64,000 nucleotides of DNA from an uncultured Nitrososphaeraceae archaeon. GTDB lineage: Archaea > Thermoproteota > Nitrososphaeria > Nitrososphaerales > Nitrososphaeraceae. The stretch is taken from positions 96,001 through 160,000 of the forward strand of contig CAWIMJ010000050.1 of NCBI GenBank assembly GCA_963837175.1, in the 5' to 3' direction. Below the pieces are notes generated by a model. It was not told the DNA's origin, made no database searches, and saw only the letters and a list, made by a program, of their open reading frames with translations. Shown one piece after another: positions 30,675-42,578 of the stretch. Made by a program: the position numbers and the translations under genes. Position 1 is the first letter of the stretch, and each line of letters begins with the position of its first letter.

Positions 30675-30902
30675 TTAATCCATAGGTAAGTTACTAGCTG
30701 CTGATAACTTTATGATATTTTTGTTTCTACTCTTAATTATGTTTCCTTGTTTAAGTCTTTGCCCATTAGAATAATTAAGATTTTTACGTTGGTTTTCACA
30801 TTCTATTCTGAATGCATCAAGCAGCTCATTTTCATTGTCAATTGTGCTTATGATTGCTTCCATTCCGTATGAAGGAATATCATCAGAAGGGCTCTCGCTC
30901 AT
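30675..30902 (-). CDS. Hypothetical protein
   Basis: 75-aa ATG ORF with protein-like composition; no family recognised. Confidence 0.4.
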   Translation of the reverse strand: MSESPSDDIPSYGMEAIISTIDNENELLDAFRIECENQRKNLNYSNGQRLKQGNIIKSRNKNIIKLSAASNLPMD

Positions 30903-31340
30903 ATATAATATATATTTAGCCTTTATTTGTAAATAAAGTTACATTGAAGAATATTTATATTTATATTGAATTTCAAGATTACTGGTAATTTTTGACTTTG
31001 CAATTAAGGTAGAAGGATCTGTCGTACATGTTATTTCGATACTGCCAATTAAGATCTAAAACTCATATGGTTTAACAAATTGGAGCACGATTCAGAAGGT
31101 TGATAGGTGAGGCTATTAGTTGGCTTAAAAAAATAACTACGGATTTAACCGTTAGATTCATCATGCTAGAAATATCGAAATTTGAACCGTTACTTCTCAT
31201 CATTTCATCAACAGAACAGAATAAAGAATAATCTGCCTTTAATTTTAATAGCAGCCCATAATATATACCCCTTATTTCCACGTGATATCTGTTGTTGGGA
31301 TTCTACTCAGAAGATCTAATTTTTACATATTACTTACAAA

Positions 31341-32140
31341 GGCTCTGTTAACTTAAGAACATCATCATCTCATTTTGAATAAGTTTATTATGAATATCCG
31401 CAAACATACTCAACCAATTTATAACGTGATACAATTTGCATCTTTTTCTTCTTCTTCTTAGTACAAGGAAAATAATAATATCATCAAAACTTTCAGTCCT
31501 GTCCTTAAAATATTGTACTGTTCTTTCTTTCTATATATGATATACTTTTTTCAAATGAAGAATATATGTAGATGATGATGATGTTTTAATTTCAGAAATT
31601 TGCAGGCTTGTGGTGGTGGTAGATACCATGTACCACCACCATCTGAAGATACTTTACTTTATGTTTTGCCTATTTTATTACTAAATGCTTCAGAAACTGT
31701 TCTGCTGCTACTACAATCATATTTCTTCTTTCCAATGAAAGGTGAATTTCTAAAACTTACTTACTTCCTTATTTATTGGATGGTTTTATAATAGCAACGA
31801 ACCCATAACATAACCAGAAATAGTCCTTGCCTATTTGAATGAATTAGGGTTTCATCAATGATAAATTCAGAAATCCTTTTTCTTTTACACAGTATATTTT
31901 TTGGGGATTATAATGATGCTGCTGTAACCACTTTTAAATTGAAACATGACTTCTTTTTTTAACAAATGGAGATAAAGCTTTTGAGGACGTATCTCTAAAA
32001 GATAATCCTAAAAAATAATATATATAAGTATAACCCATAACAAACGTACTTTGCAGACGTTCTGTTTCTTTTAAATAAATATGTGCATAAAAGAAGTAGG
32101 ATTCATCCAGCTATAGATTTATCGCTAAGTTAACAGAGCC
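31341..32140 (-). mobile_element. IS6-family insertion sequence, 800 bp, with a pseudogenised transposase
   Basis: Perfect 15-bp terminal IRs GGCTCTGTTAACTTA (31341-31355) and TAAGTTAACAGAGCC (32126-32140); broken frames give RNRT..YGLYLY, LGLSFRDTS, EFIIDETL, SSDGGGTWY, QYFKDRTESFDD. Confidence 0.92.
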
Positions 32141-32465
32141 CCTTATATCATTATATCTACCTCTCGCTTAATGATAGGACAAAACACTTGAGATTGAAAT
32201 TTGAAATAATACATCTTATATAACTCTAGCTAACTATTAACTACTAAGAAATTCTATTAGAAGCTTCTTTTTTATTGGATATTATCATAAGCTTAAAATT
32301 GACTATTGCAAAGGCAGTAAATTAGAATGCATATTCGCTAGGATTTCTGTAGTAAGATCTCAATAAATTCCTCACGTTCTTTATTATATTGCATTATATT
32401 ACATAAAATTAATGATACATACATACAGACTGTTTAAATGATATAAATGCGTGTTCGTTAAACAC

Positions 32466-32615
32466 ATGCATCCTGGAGATCTCGACTGTATATGGACATG
32501 CCATGAATGTAATTCTAGTTTTATTTTTCATTCAGACGTTGATGAACATAAAGAAAAGACTGGACATTCAGTAGTATCAAAGTTTGATCTACTTTCAGGA
32601 AAATTATTAGCCTAA
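32466..32615 (+). CDS. 49-aa C2H2-type zinc-finger microprotein (not in the ORF track)
   Basis: MHPGDLDCIWTCHECNSSFIFHSDVDEHKEKTGHSVVSKFDLLSGKLLA fits C-x2-C-x3-F-x8-H-x5-H; TTTAAA/TATAAA upstream. Confidence 0.75.
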   Translation: MHPGDLDCIWTCHECNSSFIFHSDVDEHKEKTGHSVVSKFDLLSGKLLA

Positions 32616-32993
32616 GCCTTACCAATAGCTTCTACTGACCAGCACTTATGTTATGACAATATATGCACATATCGCATATTGTAATTTATAGTGGAGAAAT
32701 ATAAGGACCATAGTAAAGGTTTTCAGATCTATTTTGTCGTTTAGGTAGTTCCATTCTTTACTGGAGCGCAATGTACTACAAGCACACAAAATTTCTATTA
32801 ATGTATATATGTATACATGTTCATTTGATTTAGCATGGAAAAAAGATTATCTGATGAATGTATGAATATGTATACTTTTGCTCATAATATCTTTATCATT
32901 AAAGCAAAAATATCTTATAATAGATAACCATGCATAATCTTATAATTGGGTCATTATTAAGATATAATTGTTATATATATGCCTAATATAAAC

Positions 32994-33495
32994 ATGTCAC
33001 AAGAATTAATAGTTGTTCTTATAGTGTTAATATTATTACTAACTGAAATATCCACTGTTCCTTCATTACAAATAAGAATCTATGGGCAGGCAGCAGAACA
33101 CCCAACAACAAACCCAACCAAAAATCGAGCAGGACCAAATTATTGATATGAGCAAAGTGATTAATCAGATTGGACAACAAGTTGCAACCGCAAGACCTGA
33201 TAGCAATTCAACCCTTGTACAGCAAGTAATTATACAATTAGCTAAACACGCAGCCGAACATTCTAGCAAAGCACAGGTAGACAAGGAAATTGCCCTGATC
33301 GCTTCACAAGTTGATAAAGATCCCAACGGTATTGTATCACAACTATTATCGCATTTTGCAAAAGAACTATCATCACAGCAAGGGGGAAATGGATTTGATG
33401 ATGCTTTGGTAGGACAAGACCAAATGCCATCTGTAGTAACCACACTGCCCGATGGAGAAGTGGCTACTGAGCCTGATAACTCTGGAGCAGGATAA
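32994..33495 (+). CDS. Secreted Gln-rich helical protein, frameshifted at about 33090
   Basis: Signal peptide MSQELIVVLIVLILLLTEISTVPSLQIRIYGQ joins the 33082-33495 frame if one G at 33090 is removed. Confidence 0.6.
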
Positions 33496-34103
33496 AAATA
33501 AGTACGATACAGTCATTCAATTGTAGAATAACAATTCTCTTTTTTTATGTTTGTTATACTTTATTTAATATGAAAATAAATAAAATCCTATCCTTCTAAA
33601 CAACAAAAGTAAATATAAGAATCTGGCAAGGAAAAACCTGTGAGATAATTAAGATCTATACAAGTATACTAATGCATTGATAGAAAAGTTATAAATGACC
33701 ACAAAAATTCCGTCGACCACAGTACCAAATCAATAGCGTGAGGTCTTATATGGATGAATTGGCGACTATTTTTCTAAATTAATAATTATACTGGTATCGT
33801 GATGTGTGTTTTATATCCTCATCAAGTCTATTTGGTCAGAAAAGGTGGCAGCAACATACTCTATTAACTTACAACCACTATCTCGAATATCTTAATCGAT
33901 GACTAATCGTCATTTTGTCACTTTCTATATGAGGTTACATAGATATTATTAGCATAGTAAGTAGTTTTTAATATCTAATGAAACTAATAAAAAAACTAGA
34001 CTCATTTATGGCTATATTAAAAGTGCTAAAAGTGACATGACATCTAAAATACTTGGATAAAAAAGATTAAAAAAGGGGATTAATATATTAATTTTATGCT
34101 ATC

Positions 34104-34298
34104 TCATTGTGGCTCTGAAAATACTTTGAGTTCTTGAGGATTTTTCATCTTTTTCTTATATTGCCTAAGATAGTCAGTTGCCTCTTTTTCAGATTCAAAT
34201 CGTGCTTCTCCTCTAAATGATCCATTCTTGTCAATTAGAGTGATAGCGTTCCAAGTTCCATTTTTTCCAAGTCTTTTCACAACATACATCTTCTGCAT
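34104..34298 (-). CDS. Small hypothetical protein
   Basis: 64-aa ATG ORF, globular composition (GTWNAITLIDKNGSFRGEARF). Confidence 0.7.
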   Translation of the reverse strand: MQKMYVVKRLGKNGTWNAITLIDKNGSFRGEARFESEKEATDYLRQYKKKMKNPQELKVFSEPQ

Positions 34299-34647
34299 TA
34301 TTAATATAATTGCAATAATAAAAGATAGATCTTCTTTAAAACAGCATATACTGGAAGACTAACAAGCAGTCCTTTAGAATTGCTAATGTTTGAAGCATGG
34401 CAGATTCATCCATTTATTATTAGATTCAGTAATATGTTGGTGGAGATTGCTTAAACAATAACTTGGAAAGGTCGGGAGTAAAATTTCAAAACTGATATGT
34501 CTATATTTGAGTTTATTGAATATTTTTTATGTTTTATTATGTAGACTATAACGTTGCCATATCTATATCTAATTCTTTTACTTGTTCTATGCATATCAGA
34601 GCATTAGATCCATTTGAAAATATTAAATCTACCAAGGTGACCACTAT

Positions 34648-35040
34648 TTAGATATCTAGAATCATATCAGCGAGTCTAGCAAGTCTAATAGGTTTTATTA
34701 TTATTCCGACTTTTTTATTTCGGAAAAACTCATCATTATTCAATTGTTCTTTTATATTTTCATAAGCCGTTATTATCAGAATTTTGGCAGAGGGAAATTT
34801 GGCAAAGATTTCTCTTGCGGCCTGAAGACCATTCTTTAGTCCAGGGAGCTTATAGTCTATGATTACCAGATCTGGTCTGTATTTTTCAAAATCCATCAAC
34901 GCGTCATCAGCCGTTGTTGAGCTTGCAATTATAGAATGTCCCTTAGTCTTCAGATAATCCTTGTATAATACAAGTATGTCATGTTCATCCTCTACTATCA
35001 TAACTTTACGAATCTGTCTTTGTTGCCGGTCCATTCTCAT
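34648..35040 (-). CDS. Stand-alone response-regulator receiver domain
   Basis: IVEDE, DLVIIDYKLPG-x-x-NG, IITAY, KP. Confidence 0.92.
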   Translation of the reverse strand: MRMDRQQRQIRKVMIVEDEHDILVLYKDYLKTKGHSIIASSTTADDALMDFEKYRPDLVIIDYKLPGLKNGLQAAREIFAKFPSAKILIITAYENIKEQLNNDEFFRNKKVGIIIKPIRLARLADMILDI

Positions 35041-35625
35041 CTAGGTTATATTGTAAATAATTGTTAAAAAAGATATTATGGATACCTTTGAGGAAATATA
35101 AGGCATAACACTTTGATTTTTTTGATATTGCATTATTTTCGTATTTAATACGATGAGAATTAACAACGTATATCGGTTAAACGTTCAAAAAAATTAATAG
35201 TACTATCTCAGAACTATCCTTCACCACACTACTTACCTCATTTGGCTTATCTAGTCTGACTAGTAATAGCAAATATGCGAGGGGGAAGGAGCCTAGTCAG
35301 TTCTATCATACTAATAGCAAAATAATCGAAGGCATAAGTAGAAGTTCAAGATATACACTTAAGATATACACAGCAGCCTACTTTTTTTCCATTCTCAATC
35401 ATTGCTTTTCAAAAAATTCTCATTATACAATCGATTATATGCCATATTTAATTAGGCAACCTATTTTCTTTCATTATACTTACAAGCTGATCATGAATTG
35501 ATAATTTCAGAATATGACTACTCTATTATTGTAATACGCTGATTTGTGTTTATGACAAGAATCATGCGATATTCACTATCAAACGGCTAGTATGTAGTTA
35601 GATTCATATAAACTAAATCTTCTTT

Positions 35626-36921
35626 TCACACAGATGCCGGCCTAAACCGCAGGAGCGCGCCAATTTTTCCCAAGCTGACCAGCTGTGCTCCTTCCTCTGT
35701 TCTGCCGGATATGACCTCTAGCTTACTACCTGTCATTATAGTCATTTCCTCTAAGTAGTCGACAATATCCTTTTCAGCAGTTTCAAAGTCAACTGCTCCA
35801 CAAGAAGGACAAGGTTTTGATAATATTTCCTGCCTTGCTGAAATCAATGTAGACCTATCAAGAAATTGCTCTTGAATGTTACTACATCTTTTACATTTTA
35901 CATCAATTTTCAAATAGCCAATATCATCTGTAACTATGACCAGCTCGACAATGCCATTTTTCAATGCTTTTATCACATCGAAGATCCCATATATGCCAAG
36001 ACCTTTTCCAGAGTATACCTCACCCATGAACTTTTTTAACATTTTTTTTTCTTCCATCAGACGATATTCTGTCATTACCCCTTGTTCCTGAATCTTGTCA
36101 ATGAGTTCTCTGACTCCTTCATCTCCAGAATATGAGGAATCCAGTGTGGAAATAATGTTATTCTGCAATCTATAATCAAGATACTCCTCTCTAAGAAAGT
36201 TATCCTTTGTTGGACCAGGTCCACCTACAATGATACCTCGGACTTTGAATTGGTCGACAAAGACTTTTTGGGCGTGGTCTGCTACCCTATGATAAAATTC
36301 ATTTAATTCATTATCGCGAAGCCGTTCAAATCTTCTAGCAGATTGACCCCCTTGTCTATGCTTTCCTGCGACGCCAGAAGTTAAAGTGTCTATGACCTCC
36401 CATCTATCTCCAGTAAGAATTCCAAGACCTGCCTCCTGAGTATCTAAAGCTAATATTCCTGTTACCTTATCATCTTTCATCATATCTTTCAAATGATCGA
36501 TCCAAAAATGATCGTCACATCGATAAAGATTAATTTGAACGGGTTTGGGTGGAATGACAGAATAGAGTTCAATTTTTTCTGTACCAAAACCTTTACCCGT
36601 TGGAATAGCGCCACAGAAAATGACAAGACCATTTTCAGGTGGTTCTTTAAAGAGCTTAAGATGTTCTATAGTTCTATTTAACGCGTCTTGGACATGCGTC
36701 CTCGTTAGATCAGACTTTATATTCGATGCGGTTCCAGCCTCATTTCGTAATTGAGATATAATATCAAAAATAGGACGTCGTGGAGGAATATATACAGTCA
36801 CTAACTCTGTTCCATGACCTGATATATTCGATAGTTCGTTAAGCATTTTTGTAAGTTTATATCTTTTAACCGAGTCCCATTTAGACTGATTAGTATTTGA
36901 ATTCATTGCAGCTAATAACAA
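35626..36921 (-). CDS. prf1: Peptide chain release factor aRF1 (start possibly ATG 36906)
   Basis: TASNIKS, YRCD, GGQS; C-terminal CxxC...CxxC. Confidence 0.97.
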   Translation of the reverse strand: MLLAAMNSNTNQSKWDSVKRYKLTKMLNELSNISGHGTELVTVYIPPRRPIFDIISQLRNEAGTASNIKSDLTRTHVQDALNRTIEHLKLFKEPPENGLVIFCGAIPTGKGFGTEKIELYSVIPPKPVQINLYRCDDHFWIDHLKDMMKDDKVTGILALDTQEAGLGILTGDRWEVIDTLTSGVAGKHRQGGQSARRFERLRDNELNEFYHRVADHAQKVFVDQFKVRGIIVGGPGPTKDNFLREEYLDYRLQNNIISTLDSSYSGDEGVRELIDKIQEQGVMTEYRLMEEKKMLKKFMGEVYSGKGLGIYGIFDVIKALKNGIVELVIVTDDIGYLKIDVKCKRCSNIQEQFLDRSTLISARQEILSKPCPSCGAVDFETAEKDIVDYLEEMTIMTGSKLEVISGRTEEGAQLVSLGKIGALLRFRPASV

Positions 36922-37102
36922 CGAAATTGAAATATAACGTATATAAGGCTATCAAATATTACTTTCGAAAAGATCTTTCCAGAGCCATTTATTAATCATA
37001 TACTTAAATAATCTCTGGATTACAAGACATTTAGTAAATTATTATTTTTTATTGAGAGAATGTACCGAAAGTAATTGATGCGAAATTATAAATCAGTATC
37101 CA

Positions 37103-37678
37103 ATGAATATAAATCTATATACAATGCTTCCGAGGCTTGAATATATTAAACAAGCAAGAGTTAGATTAAGTATAACACAGCGAAGATTGGCACAACTTGC
37201 GGGCATCAGCACGTCCATGATTAATCAGATTGAGTCAGGTAGATGCAAACCTAGTTATGAAACTGCTAGGAAGATATTTGAGATTTTAAGTTCTTTAGAA
37301 GGTCAATCGTCGATGAAGGCTGGCGATATATGTAACCGTAACTTGATTTCTGCACAAAAGCATGAAACTCTCCATGCCGTAATTAATAAAATGAGAAGTA
37401 ATTCAATAAGCCAGGTACCTGTATTCGATGGTTCCCGCGTTGTAGGAATTTTGAGTGAGGATGCCCTTGCGAAAAGCATGGTAGAGAAAGATGAAAAGAA
37501 GCTACGAAATATCATGATCATGATAATGATGGAGTCTCCTCCACCAGTTGTTGACGTTTCCACGCCTGCAAAGGCTCTTGTACCTCTAGTGAGATTCGCC
37601 AAATGTGTGTTGGTCAGCGAAAAAGGAGATGTTGTAGGCATAATAACTGTAACTGACATTTTAAAAATGGTAGAATAG
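37103..37678 (+). CDS. XRE-HTH plus CBS-pair transcriptional regulator
   Basis: ITQRRLAQLAGISTSMINQIESGRCKPSY; CBS motifs ISQVPV and VVGIITVTD. Confidence 0.92.
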   Translation: MNINLYTMLPRLEYIKQARVRLSITQRRLAQLAGISTSMINQIESGRCKPSYETARKIFEILSSLEGQSSMKAGDICNRNLISAQKHETLHAVINKMRSNSISQVPVFDGSRVVGILSEDALAKSMVEKDEKKLRNIMIMIMMESPPPVVDVSTPAKALVPLVRFAKCVLVSEKGDVVGIITVTDILKMVE

Positions 37679-37693
37679 TATAATATTAATCAG

Positions 37694-37882
37694 TCACGTA
37701 ATTTTTTCCAGGCCAATGCAACAATCTGCAGACTTAATACATTCACTACAAATATTCAGTTCACTATTTTCTGGCAGTGAGCATTGGCACAATGCACATT
37801 CTTTCTTTACATGTGCTTCATTTAGATTTTCCGTTACCAATATGATAACATATGAAAAGGAATATTTGAATTCTTCTGTCAA
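37694..37882 (-). CDS. Cys-rich putative metal-binding microprotein (start uncertain)
   Basis: CALCQC...CSEC...CC within about 30 aa. Confidence 0.5.
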   Translation of the reverse strand: MTEEFKYSFSYVIILVTENLNEAHVKKECALCQCSLPENSELNICSECIKSADCCIGLEKIT

Positions 37883-38096
37883 TTTATTAAATTCTTCTTA
37901 TAGAAAAATATTATCAATAAGGTATGTTGCAAGCAAAGTCATACTTATAGAATTAAGCAAAGTGCAGGTTCGATGGATTTGTATGTATTACTTATTTAAT
38001 ATGAGAGAAACACAATTTCTTTATTAAACTCGTATAAATAATATCAATTGATTTTTTTATTAGAATTTTATCGGTTAATTTTATAGAATTTGAGAA

Positions 38097-38130
38097 CTAT
38101 AAATATAAATATAAATATAAATATATATAT
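38097..38130. repeat. (TATAAA)n / (TA)n microsatellite
   Basis: tataaatataaatataaatataaatatatatat. Confidence 0.7.
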
Positions 38131-38511
38131 TTATTCTGTTGTTCAGAAAGATTAGGATTTAATCAGGTGACATATTTTTTGTGCCAGTTAATTTAAGAGC
38201 CTTATTAATGATCTTAGTCTATTTTTTCTTCCCAAATAATTGGTTCAGTTCTTGAAAATTGATGCGATTTACTATCTTAATCGTGATATTTGAACTTTAA
38301 AACTATTCTATTTAGCCGGTTATTGCAATTCGTAAATATGCAAGGCACATTTACTACTATTATTATTTTAAGCTCACCTTATAAATTGATTATATTTAAC
38401 CAGCAGCAAGTTATACGGAAAACACTGCTCAGTTAATCAATTGATGAATTGGATTTTTACAAAATCATTTGAATCAATTTAATCTTCTTTATGACATTAC
38501 TAATACATCTT

Positions 38512-39911
38512 CTAAATGCTCACAGGAAGTTCAACCTTCTTCCATAGCGTTCTGCTTTTATGGTCCATTAGTTCAACATTATAATTATCAATCAATTTCC
38601 TTCTGATAAAATCAGACTCTTGAAATTTTTTTTCAGTTCTAAATTTATTTCGGAGTAACAATTAGATCTTCAATTTCTTTTCTTTCGTTTTCTGCTGGTG
38701 CTAGTACTCTAAGCCCTAGTATTTCCATACAATGGTTAAAAGATACTAGAGCTATCTGAGACATATCCAAGGTAAGATTTTCATCTGCTGCATAGCGGTT
38801 TATAGCTCGCTACAAACTTCATAAAAATTGTAAGGGCCATTGATATATTCAAATCATCTTCTAATGCAGCCTTGAATTCTTTAGTATAATCTTGAGATAA
38901 TAATTCTATGGCTTTGAGCTGTCCTCCGTATCCATTGGCAAATCGTAGCTCATACGCACAGGTTTCTATCTGTCGCCATCTCTGTATGGATTCTAAAAGA
39001 ATTTGATCTGAGAAATCAAGTGGTTTAGAATATTGCACCGAAATACAAAAAATCCGTAGAGAATTTGCTCCCCATCTATCAATACCTTCGCGAACAGTTA
39101 TGATATTACCAAGAGATTTTGACATTTTTTCAGAATTGATAGTAACCATGCCTGTATGTAGCCATAATTTTGCGAAGAGATTTCCAGAGAAGGCCTCTGA
39201 CTGAGCAATTTCATTTTCGTGATGTGGAAAAATAAGATCACTTCCACCTCCATGTATCTCAAAAGGATTTCCAAAATATTTCAAAGCCATCGTAGAACAT
39301 TCTATGTGCCATCCAGGTCTGCCTTTTCCCCATGGACTATCCCATGTCGGTTCCTCAGAATAAAATTTCCATAAAGCAAAATCAAGGGGGTCCTGTTTAG
39401 ACTTATCAATCTCAACTCTTGCTCCTGCTTCCAATTCTTTGATAGTTTTCTTTGATAATTTACCGTATGTCGAAAAGGACTTGACACGAAAATAGACGCC
39501 ATTAAGCGAGATATATGCATAATTCTTTTTGATAAGGTATTCAATAAGATTTATCATTTCTTCTATATGCTCGGTAGCGCACGGGAATAGATTAGCTGGC
39601 CGTACATTTAGACAAGAGAAATCTGTTAAATAATTTTTAATATATTTTGTAGCTATTTCTTTTGCACTCAATCCTTCTTTTTTAGCACGATAAATTATCT
39701 TATCATCTACATCGGTAAAATTTTGAATAAAGTTTACGGTATATCCCTCAAATTCAAGGTATCTACGTAGCACATCAAAAATAATTATTGTTCTTGCATG
39801 ACCTATATGAGAGTCATCGTATACCGTGACTCCACATAGATAAATTCTCACAGTCTTGTTTTGCGTGCCAATTTCTTCAACAGTCCTAGTAAGTGTATTG
39901 TATAATTTCAA
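38512..39911 (-). CDS. cysS: Cysteine--tRNA ligase; the 3' end has two +1 frameshifts (about 38807 and 38655)
   Basis: CGVTVYD..HIGH, GRPGWHIECS, HGGGSDLIFPHHENE, KMSKS; shifted frames continue AINRYAA...EILGL, then RNKFR..KKFQESDFIR..ELMDHKSRTLWKK to a stop at 38512. Confidence 0.93.
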
Positions 39912-39981
39912 ATTTCAAAACCTTCAATTATGAATATTTTATTTAACGTGATTTGTCAGAGCTTCCGTCAGAAAATATTTT

Positions 39982-40287
39982 TTAGATATCTACAAAAATC
40001 TCATTATTATTTATGTTAACTTCATATGTTGTTAGCTTTACGCCTTCTAGGTAGTCTAACAATTCACCGGTTTTGATATTATAGTGCCAGGAATGTAGTG
40101 GACATTCGAGTACTTCGCCGTCAATTTTTCCTGGGGCTAAAGAACCGTCCTGATGACGACATAGTGCCTCAATGGCATAATATCTGCCGTTTGCGTAGAA
40201 TAAGGCAATTCTTGTGCCATTTATGTTGATCTCTTTTCCATGATTGTCTTTGATATCTTCCTGATGGCCTACTTTGATCCATGTCAT
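39982..40287 (-). CDS. Rieske [2Fe-2S] ferredoxin
   Basis: CRHQ ... ECPLHSWHY. Confidence 0.92.
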   Translation of the reverse strand: MTWIKVGHQEDIKDNHGKEININGTRIALFYANGRYYAIEALCRHQDGSLAPGKIDGEVLECPLHSWHYNIKTGELLDYLEGVKLTTYEVNINNNEIFVDI

Positions 40288-40649
40288 TACGATTCTTCTT
40301 TAATACGACGTACACGGCTATAAAATCTTATCAAAATTTAATGAAGCTATGGATTTTTTTATTTTCTTGATACTCCGCAGAGGGAATAAACTTACACTAG
40401 TTCGCTGCTAATAATTATATCAGGAGGATTTTTTACAACAGCCGTAAGCATCTAGTTTTATCAGATTTCTCCGATAACACAATATCACAAGCTAGGCAGG
40501 AAACATTTACCATATTAACAATACGTTAACTCAGAAGTGTGTGCTTATACAATAGCTCTATTGAAACTAAAGAAGATTAATATAAAATATTTTCTAATCG
40601 TAATATTATTTGGTTTTGAATAATACCTCTTCAATAGGAGAGCTTGTAG

Positions 40650-41051
40650 TTATTTTTTTGTCTTATACTTTATAGCCCATTGTTGATACATTTCAATTAA
40701 TTGGATAACGTCATCTGAATTCTCTGAATATGCAATTATAATACCAAATTTCCCCTTATTATCGTGTCCTCTTGCAAAATAACCCCAATAGCTATCTGGT
40801 AGCCTTTCGAAATTTGATTTATTCATAGCAATACCCATCAGATTTTCGCCCACACTTTTGACAACCTTAATGGCATCATCTGCTTCAATCATTATCATTC
40901 TAATAATACAATAAGCTATCATAACATCTTTTGCTTTTCGGACCAAGTGGATCAAAACTATCGTCATTCTCTTCATATGTGTTCGGTAGTGTTGTAAAAT
41001 ATTATAGCAGGTGACAGAATTAAATAAAAAAGGTTGAACAGTGTCTCTCAA
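40650..41051 (-). CDS. Hypothetical protein (real start probably ATG near 40892-40898)
   Basis: C-terminal 80 aa look protein-like (FERLPDSYWGYFARG...FGIIIAYSE); the N-terminal extension looks spurious. Confidence 0.6.
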   Translation of the reverse strand: MRDTVQPFLFNSVTCYNILQHYRTHMKRMTIVLIHLVRKAKDVMIAYCIIRMIMIEADDAIKVVKSVGENLMGIAMNKSNFERLPDSYWGYFARGHDNKGKFGIIIAYSENSDDVIQLIEMYQQWAIKYKTKK

Positions 41052-41348
41052 ATCAGGAAAAAAAGAATCTAATTAATAATGGTAATATAAAATATTGGAT
41101 TATTTATATGTAAAATCATCTAGAAGATTCAAAGTTATTAGAGGAAATATAACATATTATTTTGCTTTATTGCTTTATTAATATATTACAGGATGTAATC
41201 ACCATTTAACTTTATCATGTTTATGAGACGACTAGATATAGATAAGTAATAACGTCTATACAACTCATTGCTTTTTGTGCTTGAAGACCTTTGGAAGGAA
41301 AAATTTAGAGTTGCAATACTAAGACATTATGCATTAAATGAATTATAA

Positions 41349-42578
41349 CTAATCCCATTTATCAAGATAAAGTCTCTGTGAGTCTGTCATTGTATCAATT
41401 TCTATATTCATGGCAGCAAGTGCATATTTAGCAATGCTTAGATCAATTTCGCTTGGAACACTATAAACCTTATTATCCATCTTACTGTAATTTTTTGAAA
41501 GAAAGATAATTGACATTATTTGATTTGCAAAAGATAGTGCCATTACTTCTGGTGGATGTCCTTCTGCACCAACAAGATTAACTACTCTTCCCTTCGATAC
41601 GAGATAGATTTTCTTACCAAGAATCTTGAAGCAATCGATGTTGGTTCTAACAGTTACAGGTGATTTATCTTGAGAATAGAGGTATTTTATATCAATCTCT
41701 CTATCAAAATGACCTGCATTGGTTAAAATAGCGCCACACTTCATTTTTTTAATATGTTCTTTACGAATGACATTTGTCTGACCAGTACAAGTTATAAATA
41801 TATCTCCGATAGAAACAGCATCATATAATGGCTTTACATTGAAACCATCCATATTTGCTTCGATTGCTTTTATAGGGTTAATCTCTGTTACAGTAACGAT
41901 AGCTCCCATGCCTCTAGCTCTAGCTGCAACTCCTTTACCTACCCAACCATAACCACATACAACAATTTGTTTTCCTGGTATGAAAAGTGACGTAGTCCTT
42001 AAAATGCCATCTATCGTGCTTTGGCCTGTTCCATATCTATTATCAAACATATGCTTTGTATAAGCATCGTTGACTGCTATTACAGGGTACAATAATCTTT
42101 TTCTTCTCTCTAATGCTTTCAATCTCTTCACACCAGAAGCCGTTTCTTCCGAACCTCCAAATATTTTCGCTTTCGCTTTATTAGCAGCTATATGTAAATC
42201 AGAACCATCATCAGTTATGATGTTGGGTTGAAATTTAAGGACAGAACCAATGCATTCATCATACTCTCTTTTTGTTTCACCTCTCCAGGCAAAGGTGATT
42301 ATTCCTTCAGAGGACAGAAATGCGGCAATATCATCTTGTACGGATAAGGGATTTGCGGAGCACAAGGCTATATCTGCACCAAGTTGTTTTGCAGTCATCA
42401 CTAAAACAGAGGTTTCCTTTGTGATATGAAGGCAAAAACCTATTCTATAGCCTGATAGAGGCTTTTTCTTTTCATATTTATTTTTGATCTTATCAAGAAT
42501 TGACATATGATCGCTAGCCCATTGATATGATAATTTTCCCTTTTGCGCTAGCCTAATATCTGCTATTTTAGAAGACAA
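41349..42578 (-). CDS. ahcY: Adenosylhomocysteinase (paralogue 1)
   Basis: CLHITKET, NPLSVQD, DDGSD, EETASG, KHMFDNRYGTGQS, GYGWVGKG, NAGHFD, EGHPPEVM. Confidence 0.93.
   Translation of the reverse strand: MSSKIADIRLAQKGKLSYQWASDHMSILDKIKNKYEKKKPLSGYRIGFCLHITKETSVLVMTAKQLGADIALCSANPLSVQDDIAAFLSSEGIITFAWRGETKREYDECIGSVLKFQPNIITDDGSDLHIAANKAKAKIFGGSEETASGVKRLKALERRKRLLYPVIAVNDAYTKHMFDNRYGTGQSTIDGILRTTSLFIPGKQIVVCGYGWVGKGVAARARGMGAIVTVTEINPIKAIEANMDGFNVKPLYDAVSIGDIFITCTGQTNVIRKEHIKKMKCGAILTNAGHFDREIDIKYLYSQDKSPVTVRTNIDCFKILGKKIYLVSKGRVVNLVGAEGHPPEVMALSFANQIMSIIFLSKNYSKMDNKVYSVPSEIDLSIAKYALAAMNIEIDTMTDSQRLYLDKWD

Noticed and set aside
35250-35305. 8-bp stem CTGACTAG/CTAGTCAG enclosing a purine-rich loop
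   Set aside because: A single stem with no other support; could be chance
38097-38130. (TATAAA)n run as a replication origin or multiple promoter
   Set aside because: No ORB-like boxes or cdc6 nearby; simple slippage repeat
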